From Flavobacteriaceae bacterium (GTDB lineage Bacteria; Bacteroidota; Bacteroidia; Flavobacteriales; Flavobacteriaceae), in the NCBI GenBank assembly GCA_009827225.1, contig WUAI01000012.1, positions 488 to 64,487 on the forward strand: 64,000 nucleotides of DNA, written 5' to 3'. The notes beneath the pieces were generated by a model. That model made no database searches and was not told the DNA's origin. It was given only the letters and a program-made list of their open reading frames with translations. Positions 1-9,089 of the stretch are shown here, piece after piece; position 1 is the stretch's first letter; each line of letters begins with the position of its first letter. The translations under genes were made by a program, and so were the position numbers.

Positions 1-752
1 CTCACATACTCCTCTTTAGTGCCTGCCAGATGATATTGCATTATTCCATTGGTAATTGTAAATATCGCACCAGCGGCAATCTCTCCATCTTTCTTTGCCA
101 ATAGCAAACGGGAATCATAATCTGGAGCAGATAACATATTTCTGAAATATTCTGAATCAAAATAATAATACTCAGTTGCCTTCACCCGATCCATAGTTTC
201 GCTATATATCTTGACAAATTCCTCCAGTTCTGTATCAAAGTTTGCTGTAGAGACGGTATACCCTTTCTTTTTTCTTAACTGGTTGATCTCGCTCTTGTTG
301 GATTTACGATATTGCTTGCGCTGATCTTCCGGACTAAGCGTCAAATCGATGGATATCGTTCTATTCAACTCCCTAATAGTACCAAGATTTTCCAAAACCA
401 ATTCAGAAGGAATCAACGGATGCAATCTCGAAAAAGCACAAACGACATCTTTTTTGGTCAAAAAGTCGACCAGGGCTTCCTGAAAAGCTATTACGATCGT
501 ACCGGAAATATTGGAAAAGGGCCGATTGCTTATTGGTCCCGGATACCCATACACTGAAGTGCAATCGGTTAGATTAGTATCCTCAATAGGCCTGAACACC
601 AAGGGTATTGCAATAAAATCTTCTCCTCTTTCAAACACGAATAGCTTAGATTTAAAGCTCGTACTTGATGTTTCTGAGATATGATAGGATTGTGTATGAT
701 GGAAATCATATCGATGGGCTCGAAACACAAAAGTATTCCAAAGGTCCTCCAT
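1..752 (-). CDS. FemAB-like / Acetyltransf_6-type transferase; its 3' end lies beyond the window edge
   Basis: The minus-strand frame is open from the ATG (rc of 750-752) to position 3, checked triplet by triplet with no stops. It is absent from the ORF track because it leaves the window. The visible end ...LLLAKKDGEIAAGAIFTITNGIMQYHLAGTKEEYV resembles FemAB/BioF2-like GNAT-fold transferases found in glycan loci. Confidence 0.5.
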   Translation of the reverse strand, partial: MEDLWNTFVFRAHRYDFHHTQSYHISETSSTSFKSKLFVFERGEDFIAIPLVFRPIEDTNLTDCTSVYGYPGPISNRPFSNISGTIVIAFQEALVDFLTKKDVVCAFSRLHPLIPSELVLENLGTIRELNRTISIDLTLSPEDQRKQYRKSNKSEINQLRKKKGYTVSTANFDTELEEFVKIYSETMDRVKATEYYYFDSEYFRNMLSAPDYDSRLLLAKKDGEIAAGAIFTITNGIMQYHLAGTKEEYV

Positions 753-771
753 TAACTCTATTTCCAGGGTT

Positions 772-1821
772 CTATCCATTCAAATCAAAGTTGTTAATTA
801 GGGATGCCATCGCTAATATGTCTTGATCATCATAACGATAGTCTACATGGACAAACAGCAATCCATCTTCCCATTCTTTGTCTTTTTGATCAACTTGATC
901 GGGCCACAAGATAGCGGGATATAGATTATTCTGAACGGCATATGCCTTAAAAGCATCTCGTTTTTCTTTCACTGAAAAATGTAAAGTAAGTCCGAAAGGT
1001 GTTGCACGACCGTCTGCGGTCAAAACTTTGAAAGCATCGTGGTTATTCAAGTTCTTCAACATCAATGAGAGATTTCGCTGTTTACGAGCCAATATAGCTT
1101 CTACGTTTAGTGTAGAGAGTATCTCCATCGCCGTTCGGGGCAAACCTCCTCGGATTTCCGCCATCTCGAAATTCAACTCCGTGGTCAAAAATAGATTTCT
1201 GTAGCTCGACTTATCTTTAGAATTCCCTTCCAAAAAACTGCCTTTTTTTATCATGGCTTCCATTCGATGATTACATAGATCCATGGCTCCGGCAGTAACC
1301 GGTATTTCATTTAATGTGTTGGTTTTTTTGGTGTATACAAATCCTCCCATTGGCATGGGAAGTTCTTTCCGTAAGGAACCAAAGGTAAAATCGGATTCAC
1401 AATCTATAAGGCCTTCAAGATGATGGGTAATATCTTCCACTATGGTAAGTTGTGAAAAATCATCATGTTGAGGCAACGCCATACCGAAGCAAGAATTCAG
1501 CACCAATACAGAAGTTTTAGAGTCTTTTATGTAACCAGAACCGAGCGGACCTTTAAATCCGGGGACACAATCATAAAAATGAATCATGATGGGAAGGGGT
1601 TGAATAAACCTGGAAACATCATGACAGTAATAGGACGGCAGATAGACATCTGTCCATCCAAGGGATTTTATTCCGTGATCCAGTAAATGAAATAATGCCG
1701 CACGACCTGAAGCATAAAAACTGAAGTTCGTACCGTGGAAGAAAGGTGTGTCCGCTGCGTCTAAAAGAAATTCTGAAGGAACGGGAAGATGAAAATCGGA
1801 GCCGTATTCGTGAACCTTCAT
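772..1821 (-). CDS. DegT/DnrJ/EryC1-like PLP-fold aminotransferase-type protein
   Basis: 349-aa ORF. It has FYASGRAALFHLL (like the G-R-x-A-L motif), IVEDITHHL (like IEDxAHA) and FGSLRKELP (candidate PLP lysine). It sits in a sugar-modification context. Confidence 0.45.
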   Translation of the reverse strand: MKVHEYGSDFHLPVPSEFLLDAADTPFFHGTNFSFYASGRAALFHLLDHGIKSLGWTDVYLPSYYCHDVSRFIQPLPIMIHFYDCVPGFKGPLGSGYIKDSKTSVLVLNSCFGMALPQHDDFSQLTIVEDITHHLEGLIDCESDFTFGSLRKELPMPMGGFVYTKKTNTLNEIPVTAGAMDLCNHRMEAMIKKGSFLEGNSKDKSSYRNLFLTTELNFEMAEIRGGLPRTAMEILSTLNVEAILARKQRNLSLMLKNLNNHDAFKVLTADGRATPFGLTLHFSVKEKRDAFKAYAVQNNLYPAILWPDQVDQKDKEWEDGLLFVHVDYRYDDQDILAMASLINNFDLNG

Positions 1822-1824
1822 GAA

Positions 1825-2376
1825 TTAATATCCATTAGCCTTGGCAACTTCTTGAAAATCTGAGGCAGTTATTCCCAATATGATCATATCCCATCGGGTG
1901 TTCTTTCGGAAATAGTAATCTTTTTTGACACCTTCCTGTTTCCAGCCACATTTGTTAATATACAGGCCGAGAGATGCTTCATTGTTGCTGATTATCGTGG
2001 TATCCAATCTATTCAGTCCTAATTCTTCAAATGCATATTTGGCAATGGTCATAACGGTGTCGGTACCATACCCTTTTCCGCGAGAACTGTTTTCCCCCAA
2101 CAACATCCCGTGAAAAGCATTTCCATCCTTCCAGTTGATATCGACTAAATTGGCCACGCCGATAAATCCCTCTTGTTTGGAATGAATGGCAAAGCGCTGG
2201 TTATTGCTATTTAAACTCAAACCTTCAAACCATCTTTGCTGATCCTGCATGCTGGATGGAAAGTGCCATCCGCCCAACATATAGTTGATGGTAGGGTCGT
2301 TAGACCAATCGTGAATTTTTTTCAGATCTTCCTGTTCAATGGCTTTTAAGACAACTTTCTTTCCAACTATGTTCAT
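1825..2376 (-). CDS. GNAT family N-acetyltransferase (RimJ/RimL-like)
   Basis: 183 aa. The acetyl-CoA motif region is SSRGKGYGTDTVMTIAKYAFEELGLNRL. It overlaps the upstream gene by 4 nt. Confidence 0.75.
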   Translation of the reverse strand: MNIVGKKVVLKAIEQEDLKKIHDWSNDPTINYMLGGWHFPSSMQDQQRWFEGLSLNSNNQRFAIHSKQEGFIGVANLVDINWKDGNAFHGMLLGENSSRGKGYGTDTVMTIAKYAFEELGLNRLDTTIISNNEASLGLYINKCGWKQEGVKKDYYFRKNTRWDMIILGITASDFQEVAKANGY

Positions 2377-3017
2377 ACCTTATTTTTGAAATGATTTGCA
2401 TCTAAATTCTTACTCAATCCCAGATCATCGACTTCGTCCACCGTTTGTCCATGAACTATGGTCTTCGACTTGAATAGTACAGATTTCACTGTCAAAAGTA
2501 CTATTTTTAGATCTAGCAGAAACGATTGATGTTCCACATAATACACATCGTTTTTAAATCGTTCGCTAAACAGCATGGTATTTCGTCCTCTTACCTGGGC
2601 CAGCCCGGTAATGCCGGGACGAACCAGATGTCGCTTCTTTTGTTCTTCCGAATATAAGGGCAAATACTCCGGTAGCAAGGGCCGTGGGCCAACAAGGCTC
2701 ATATCTCCTTTTAGTACATTGATTAACTGAGGAAGCTCATCCAGCGATGTTTTTCTCACAATCTTACCGAAGCCGGTTAGCCGATCTGCGTCGGGTAGCA
2801 AAACCCCTTCCGAATCTTTTTTGTTATTCATGGTCCTGAACTTAATGATGGTAAATAATTTCTCATCTTTTCCGGGCCGCAACTGGTAAAAAAAAGGCTT
2901 ACCGGAATTAACCATCAATAGCCCGAGCCAGACCAATATGAATAACGGACTTGCAACTGCCAGGAAAAACAAGGCGAATAGAAAATCGGCTATGGGCTTT
3001 AAAAAGTTACGATACAC
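2373..3017 (-). CDS. Small PglC/WbaP-C-type undecaprenyl-phosphate sugar phosphotransferase (initiating transferase)
   Basis: Hallmark motif DELPQLINVLKGDMSLVGPRP and a single N-terminal hydrophobic helix. The start is GTG at 3017. Confidence 0.85.
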   Translation of the reverse strand: MYRNFLKPIADFLFALFFLAVASPLFILVWLGLLMVNSGKPFFYQLRPGKDEKLFTIIKFRTMNNKKDSEGVLLPDADRLTGFGKIVRKTSLDELPQLINVLKGDMSLVGPRPLLPEYLPLYSEEQKKRHLVRPGITGLAQVRGRNTMLFSERFKNDVYYVEHQSFLLDLKIVLLTVKSVLFKSKTIVHGQTVDEVDDLGLSKNLDANHFKNKV

Positions 3018-4167
3018 CTTTAAGTAGGTTTTGATATTCCTTTAATAACGATTTCCAAATCACGGACTGTTCATAACGATCGGAGATCAATTTACGACAA
3101 AGATCGGGGTTCATTTCAGAGTGTGCATTTTTCAAGGCATTTAACATCGCTAATTTAAGCTGTTCCTCATTCTTCGCTGGTATTATCCATCCATTCTCAC
3201 CCTCCTTAATAATTTCATTACAACCATTAATATTGGAAACTATCGCCGGTAACCCCATAGCTCCGGCCTGCATAACCACATTCGGAAATCCTTCTCGATA
3301 TGATGGAAATACCAGAATATCACTAATAGCGAAATAAGGCCGAACATCCTCTTGAAACCCTACGGCCAGAATCTGTGAATTATTTTCTATTTCTGAAATA
3401 GTACTACTCCGCAATGGATCCAGTGCATGTTCAAAATCACCTAGTATCAATAATTTAGCCTGCTGATTTTCTGCCGAAATCTCTTTAAAAGCAGCAATCA
3501 TCTCGTTGATCCCCTTATCGCCTACTAAACGTCCTACAAAGATAAACACGTAATCATTCGGCTGTATTCCCAATTCCTGTTTGAGCAGGTTTCGTTGTTC
3601 CTGGGAGATTTGAGCAGGATCAAAATGCGCTATATCGATTCCATTGGAGCTGCCGTTGGCGATTATATTCAACTTATTGGAACGGGTAAATTTTTCCTTC
3701 AGAATAAAATCATATAATCCCTTTGAATTTGGATACACCCTAGTCGCAAATCGATACGTCAGTTTCTCGACAAAGTTCAACAGCTTACGTTTCATTCCGG
3801 AAATTTCCATCAAGGGCATTCCGGCTACTGTATGTATACGAATCTTAACTCCAGCCAATTTGGCCGCCATCATTCCTACTATGCCTGCCTTAGGAGTGTG
3901 CGTATGCACTATGGCCGGTTTTTCTCGTCGTATTATTTTATATAACCTCCAAACGGATCTCAAATCTCCAATGGGTGAGATGGTACGAGTCATTTGAAGT
4001 GGAATGATGCGTATGCCTTCCTCAATAGCAACATCATCCAATTCCTTGCCGGAACTCGAAATCCCGATCACCTCGAAGTGAGAACTCATAAACCGATGCT
4101 GTCCCCTGAGAAGAATCTTCAGAGAAGAAGGAACGGTGGTGATTCGGATTAACTTCGGTTTAGACAT
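3007..4167 (-). CDS. Glycosyltransferase family 4
   Basis: E-x7-E region REGFPNVVMQAGAMGLPAIVSN. I prefer the ATG at 4167 (MSKPKLIRITT) over the longer 4185 start. Confidence 0.8.
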   Translation of the reverse strand: MSKPKLIRITTVPSSLKILLRGQHRFMSSHFEVIGISSSGKELDDVAIEEGIRIIPLQMTRTISPIGDLRSVWRLYKIIRREKPAIVHTHTPKAGIVGMMAAKLAGVKIRIHTVAGMPLMEISGMKRKLLNFVEKLTYRFATRVYPNSKGLYDFILKEKFTRSNKLNIIANGSSNGIDIAHFDPAQISQEQRNLLKQELGIQPNDYVFIFVGRLVGDKGINEMIAAFKEISAENQQAKLLILGDFEHALDPLRSSTISEIENNSQILAVGFQEDVRPYFAISDILVFPSYREGFPNVVMQAGAMGLPAIVSNINGCNEIIKEGENGWIIPAKNEEQLKLAMLNALKNAHSEMNPDLCRKLISDRYEQSVIWKSLLKEYQNLLKGVS

Positions 4168-5242
4168 GTTTACGGTATAAGGCAATATGTTTGTCGATCA
4201 TCACGTCCATACTGTATTCATCGGCCCTTTTGGAACCTTTAGAACTAATAGTATCGTAATATTCTTCTGAATCCAATAACTTCTGAACGGCCTCGGCCAG
4301 GGCTCTGTCATTTCCAATCTCAAATAGTACCCCAGCTCCTTCCACTATTTCGCTAAGACCAGGAGCCCTGGTAGCCACGAAAGGCTTGCCACTCGCCAAT
4401 GCTTCAATACTGGATAAAGACAGACCCTCATAATGTGTGGATAATATCACAACATCAGACATCTTTAATAGGTCGGGGACATCCATTCTCACCCCCAGAA
4501 AGTGCACCCTGGCTTCAAGTTGTAATTCTTTAGTCAAGGATTGCACTTGTTCCATGGTGGGCCCTGTACCTACCAGTACCAGATGCACCTGAGCATCCAA
4601 GTGCTGCATCGCACGAATGACAGTCGCTTGATCTTTCTGGTCGGTAAAACTGGAAACCTGTATAATAATTTTAGAACCATCGGGCAATGAAAATTCAGAC
4701 GGATCAATAGGAGATGCTTCTCGAATTGCTTCCACATCAATCCCATTTTGTATGAACTCAAAACGAGAATCAGGCAAATCCAGATGAGCTTTTAGATTAC
4801 TGTCCACTTCAGCAGAAATCGTTATTATAGACTTGTACATTTTATAGAGCTTTCTGTCCATCCTAGAAAGGAACCAATGATCGCGACGCCTGTTGGTGGT
4901 ATTATGTTCTGTAAAAATGAGAGGCGTTTTTATATGGAACCATTTTTTTGCGAATGCTACCCAATATAATGCAGGAAATAAATGCACGTGTACCAGGTCG
5001 TAGGATTTGAGATGTTTTTTTAGCTTAAAAATATGTTTGAAACGATATACAGACCCTTCTCCTAATGAAATAATCTTACAGTCACATCGCTTGCGTAATT
5101 CCGAAACAAAAGGATATTCTTTACCATTAAGCAGTAAGAGATCCATCTCGATTCCCAACTTGCGGTACTTCGGGATCGAATCCAGTAAGAGCTTCTCGGC
5201 ACCTCCGGTAGCCAGGTTATTAATTACCTGAAGTATTCGCAT
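4160..5242 (-). CDS. Glycosyltransferase family 4
   Basis: N-terminus MRILQVINNLATGGAEK and YEGLSLSSIEALASGKPFVAT. I prefer the start at 5242 (MRILQV). Confidence 0.8.
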   Translation of the reverse strand: MRILQVINNLATGGAEKLLLDSIPKYRKLGIEMDLLLLNGKEYPFVSELRKRCDCKIISLGEGSVYRFKHIFKLKKHLKSYDLVHVHLFPALYWVAFAKKWFHIKTPLIFTEHNTTNRRRDHWFLSRMDRKLYKMYKSIITISAEVDSNLKAHLDLPDSRFEFIQNGIDVEAIREASPIDPSEFSLPDGSKIIIQVSSFTDQKDQATVIRAMQHLDAQVHLVLVGTGPTMEQVQSLTKELQLEARVHFLGVRMDVPDLLKMSDVVILSTHYEGLSLSSIEALASGKPFVATRAPGLSEIVEGAGVLFEIGNDRALAEAVQKLLDSEEYYDTISSKGSKRADEYSMDVMIDKHIALYRKHV

Positions 5243-6419
5243 AGCGTGCATTTAAGTAAATAGAACTGCAGTAATAATAAGCCCAGAAGCCGAATATCAA
5301 AAACAGTGGAAAGAACATGTTTTTCTGACGTAACATAATCCCCAGATTTCCTAAAATGAGAGAAAAGGACAGTGCGCCCATTAAGAAGAATAAGAGGCTA
5401 CCTTTCAAAAGAAAGGGGGCTTTCCGGAAACTTCGTATAGGACGATTTCTAAAAAGTTGAAAGGTAAAGATCAACAAGATCAAGTTTTCAACGGATGCCA
5501 GTATGGCCAGAACACCATTTACATCAAAAAACAATGGACGGTATAAAAAAGTAAAAACCTTCAACGGATATGGATAACCTGAAATATCAAGACCCGATGA
5601 GGAATCCGCCTGATTCAAATTTGCTGCCTTTTTGGCTGTATAGCTCTCGATTTCAGTAGTTTCCAAGCTTTCCAATTGGACGAAATCCAAGACGTAATTA
5701 AATATGGATGCGAAAGAAACCACAAAAACAGCCCCGATCAATAACTTTTGATAGCCTTTTAAACGGCCATCCATGGTATATGCCAGTCCAAAGGCGATGA
5801 TTAAAAATAAGGTGATATGCGGTCTGATAGTCAAAGATAGGATCACACTTAGTAATAATGCTATATAACGCTTCTTTACATTGAGTAACGAATAGGTGAA
5901 CATAGCAATACACAAAAATAGCACGGTATCTTTCCCTATACCTGAAGACCAGAAATGCAGGTTCGGCAAGAACCAAATCCAAGGGAATAAAGGAATTCCA
6001 AATAATTTAAAGTTCTTGAACACATTGATATCCGTGAATAGTATTTTGCTAATTCTATAATAATAGACAAAGCCCAAATAACCTAATAACGCATATATTA
6101 AATTACCCGTGAGAAAGGATAGATCCAGAATATGTGCGAAAAAATAATTTAAGAGATAGATCGTACCGGAGGCAGATCCCCGGTCTATGACGTCCATGAC
6201 AGCGCTTAATTCATTATTCTTCGGGAAGTTCCAATATACGATAGCATCACCACCTCCTTGTGCAACAATAAAACTAAATACAATTGCAACAAAGAAATGA
6301 TACGCAAAAAGTCTATCCAGAAATCTCTTATCAGATTTATCAAAAGAGAAACCCGCATTCTTTAGATTGAATCCAACGATGATTACTATAATACAAACAC
6401 ATATATCCAATATAATCAT
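5220..6419 (-). CDS. Wzy/EpsG-like polysaccharide polymerase (polytopic membrane protein)
   Basis: 399 aa with about 10 hydrophobic helices and no soluble domain. It lies between GTs in a locus that also has Wzx. Confidence 0.55.
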   Translation of the reverse strand: MIILDICVCIIVIIVGFNLKNAGFSFDKSDKRFLDRLFAYHFFVAIVFSFIVAQGGGDAIVYWNFPKNNELSAVMDVIDRGSASGTIYLLNYFFAHILDLSFLTGNLIYALLGYLGFVYYYRISKILFTDINVFKNFKLFGIPLFPWIWFLPNLHFWSSGIGKDTVLFLCIAMFTYSLLNVKKRYIALLLSVILSLTIRPHITLFLIIAFGLAYTMDGRLKGYQKLLIGAVFVVSFASIFNYVLDFVQLESLETTEIESYTAKKAANLNQADSSSGLDISGYPYPLKVFTFLYRPLFFDVNGVLAILASVENLILLIFTFQLFRNRPIRSFRKAPFLLKGSLLFFLMGALSFSLILGNLGIMLRQKNMFFPLFLIFGFWAYYYCSSIYLNARYANTSGN

Positions 6420-7297
6420 AGGGTAGAATGCTCTTTAAAAAACCGATTCAATTCCGCCTTAAGATCAGGAGACAGTTTCATTTCGAAAGCATCTTCCTTA
6501 CTAGTCGCACGAAAAATCCATTGTTTAAATGTATTACTAAATAACCGTGAAAAATAATCTTTCAAGCCCATCTTTTTCAGAACATAAAACAGTCGGCCAT
6601 ATTTTGGCTTTCTAGCCACATTTTTATGAACTAAAGTTTCTTGTTCAAAATCTGATATGTCTAAATAACTAGCAAGAGATTCTAATGTGGTCTTAGGTTG
6701 GTCCTTCAAGTCCTCCAAATGGATCACTATCACTTTAGAAAATTCTTTTTTAAAAGACTCAATCGATGCCTTGTAAGAACTCATCCCCAAATAGGAATGC
6801 CAGGGCAAGGCATGTAATTTGCTCTGAGTAATTTCGTCTTGCAAACAAGACTCAAAAGTTTTATTTATTCGTCCTTTACCTACATCCATTTTATAATGAG
6901 AAAAGGCTCGCTTCAAAGGATCGCGAAGCAGCACAACTATAGTAGCATCCGGGTTATAGGCTTTGATCCGTGAAGCTACCCCGGGAGCAGAAAGATAAGC
7001 CGTACTTGAGTCCAAACGATACTTTTGCTCTCCGGCAAGCGAGTAAGCCAGTTCATATTGAGATTCTGTGTTGATATTTGTGATATGTAATGGCTCCGGA
7101 AAATTCTTTTCAAAGTACTGTTCCAGATCAAAAAAACGGGAGGGTTCGTATAAATTTACAGGCAATTCGTCCACAAAATAGTGTGGCTCCTTAATAGGTG
7201 AAGCATAAATTTCTTCATGCTGAGACAATAATTCGGAGAAGGAAGTAGTGCCTGCTTTCATTGCTCCTACAAGAAATAAATTTACACGCTGCCCCAT
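6416..7297 (-). CDS. Sulfotransferase (Sulfotransfer_1-like)
   Basis: 5'-PSB-like motif LVGAMKAGTTS and 3'-PB-like motif RDPLKRAFSHY. Confidence 0.8.
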   Translation of the reverse strand: MGQRVNLFLVGAMKAGTTSFSELLSQHEEIYASPIKEPHYFVDELPVNLYEPSRFFDLEQYFEKNFPEPLHITNINTESQYELAYSLAGEQKYRLDSSTAYLSAPGVASRIKAYNPDATIVVLLRDPLKRAFSHYKMDVGKGRINKTFESCLQDEITQSKLHALPWHSYLGMSSYKASIESFKKEFSKVIVIHLEDLKDQPKTTLESLASYLDISDFEQETLVHKNVARKPKYGRLFYVLKKMGLKDYFSRLFSNTFKQWIFRATSKEDAFEMKLSPDLKAELNRFFKEHSTL

Positions 7298-8214
7298 CCC
7301 TGTCCTTTCATTTTTTTGTAGAATCCGTATACGGGAATCACGGTGAACAAATCCAGTAAAAAAGACTTAAAACTTCCCATTAAAATTTGAATTTTCTTTT
7401 TAATTCCACGACGTTTCTCTTGCGTATACTGCTGTTTATTTTGCAGGTAGGCCAGGAAAACGAATCTTTGATAATATTTTTTAAAATAGTGGGAATCAGT
7501 TCCCGTCAGTTTCGATTTAACCTCTATCAGTGTGTCCAGATATTGAGAAAAATCATCTGCCGAATATAATTTTTGTGAAGCAGAATCCTCGGTAGTTTTG
7601 CGATAGAATGAAAGGTTTTTGTTGGTACAAACGATATCTTGATCCATACACAGCCGTAACCATAAATCGTGGTCTTCATGCCTTCTTTGACCTGGTCTGA
7701 AGTAACCATTGCGGTCAAACAATGATTTGCGAATCACCGCATTGGAAGAATTGATCAAGGGTAAGTATTTTTGAATAATCTGGTAATGATTTACTATTCC
7801 CGTCGCTCCGTCAGTTGGTAAAAAAGGATTCGCATACCGTTCCAGCTGTTGTTTAAATACCCGACATCTGCCTGTCGCGAAAATGGATTCGTTCGGAAAT
7901 TGCTGAATCGCTAGGAAAATTTCAGCAAGAAACTTAGTGTCCCACCAATCGTCTGCATCCAGGAAAGCAATCCATGGGTAGGAAGCCGCTTTAATACCTT
8001 TATTCCTGGCCACGCTCACACCCGAATTTGGAATGGAAATCACTTTCAACCGAGAGTCATTGAAGTGTTCGTCGATCAAGGCTAGTGACCTGTCGGTACT
8101 GCTATCGTTAATCACAACTAATTCAAGATCCTTAAACTCTTGATTCAATACCGATCGAATGGTCTCGACGATGTATAGTTCTTTATTGAATAAAGGAATG
8201 ACCACCGAAAACAT
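7282..8214 (-). CDS. Glycosyltransferase family 2
   Basis: FSVVIPLFN, VINDSSTDRS and LDADDWW (DxD) motifs. Confidence 0.85.
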   Translation of the reverse strand: MFSVVIPLFNKELYIVETIRSVLNQEFKDLELVVINDSSTDRSLALIDEHFNDSRLKVISIPNSGVSVARNKGIKAASYPWIAFLDADDWWDTKFLAEIFLAIQQFPNESIFATGRCRVFKQQLERYANPFLPTDGATGIVNHYQIIQKYLPLINSSNAVIRKSLFDRNGYFRPGQRRHEDHDLWLRLCMDQDIVCTNKNLSFYRKTTEDSASQKLYSADDFSQYLDTLIEVKSKLTGTDSHYFKKYYQRFVFLAYLQNKQQYTQEKRRGIKKKIQILMGSFKSFLLDLFTVIPVYGFYKKMKGQGWGSV

Positions 8215-8216
8215 GA

Positions 8217-9089
8217 TTACAGCACTTTAGAGATTAATTTAATCATTCTGAAGTAAAACTTATCGAAAAAAGTGAGATGAGTCAACACTGTTTTCTGATT
8301 TTTTATTTCAATGGTCCCCAATTGAGATCGCATCGGATTCCCGCCGATCGCATGGTTTTTTTGAAGTTGAAGGTTGGTAGTAGGAATTGATTCATCTAGA
8401 AAGACAGATAATTCCTCCAATGTATTTTCCGGGTGTTTACAAAAGGACTTATATTTTATCTCCATATATGGAACCCTAACCACAAGGTAATTAGCCATCT
8501 TCTTTATTTTCAACCATGTCTTCGCAATAACCCAGTTCCCCTTCACAGGCATCCAAACTTCTCTCGTTGTATATTCCGGGAGCATTACTTTCTTTTTCCA
8601 ACTATTTGCCACTGCCAACACATCCCTTTCAAGGTGAATCATGCGGATATCGAAAACTCCCAGTTCCAGCAGTAAATAGGCCCAAGGAACACTTTTCGAA
8701 CTGTCAATAATTACATTCTTACCTGTGATTTCGGCTATAGAGGCATAAAAATAAACCACAATCTTCCCGAATGTTTTCCACTCTTCCGATTGCAGTAGTT
8801 TTGGAATCTGCTTAAAATTTCTAAAAAACTGAATCTCTCTTACCTTCTGGACAAACTGAGCGATCTCATAATCTGGAAATTTCGTCTGAAGTCGACTTTG
8901 AATCTGGCTCCACAGTGAACATTCGGTAACGATATTGGAACAACCACAATGAGAGGCTCCTTCCGAATATCGAATCCAAAAACGATGACACTCCCCTACC
9001 GAAATCGAGTTTTCAATATTTGATAGCACAGAATCTAACAAAGTAGAACCCGATCGACCATCCCCTGCTATGTAAATAATCTTAATCAC
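8217..9089 (-). CDS. Sulfotransferase (Stf0/Sulfotransfer_3-like P-loop type)
   Basis: N-terminal IIYIAGDGRSGSTLL PAPS-binding loop. GTG start at 9089. It sits in the same operon as the PAPS synthesis genes. Confidence 0.7.
   Translation of the reverse strand: MIKIIYIAGDGRSGSTLLDSVLSNIENSISVGECHRFWIRYSEGASHCGCSNIVTECSLWSQIQSRLQTKFPDYEIAQFVQKVREIQFFRNFKQIPKLLQSEEWKTFGKIVVYFYASIAEITGKNVIIDSSKSVPWAYLLLELGVFDIRMIHLERDVLAVANSWKKKVMLPEYTTREVWMPVKGNWVIAKTWLKIKKMANYLVVRVPYMEIKYKSFCKHPENTLEELSVFLDESIPTTNLQLQKNHAIGGNPMRSQLGTIEIKNQKTVLTHLTFFDKFYFRMIKLISKVL

Noticed and set aside
312-557. 81-aa plus-strand ORF from the track
   Set aside because: It lies antisense inside the open FemAB-like minus-strand frame (1-752) and its composition is low in complexity and Arg/Gln-rich. 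It is probably spurious.
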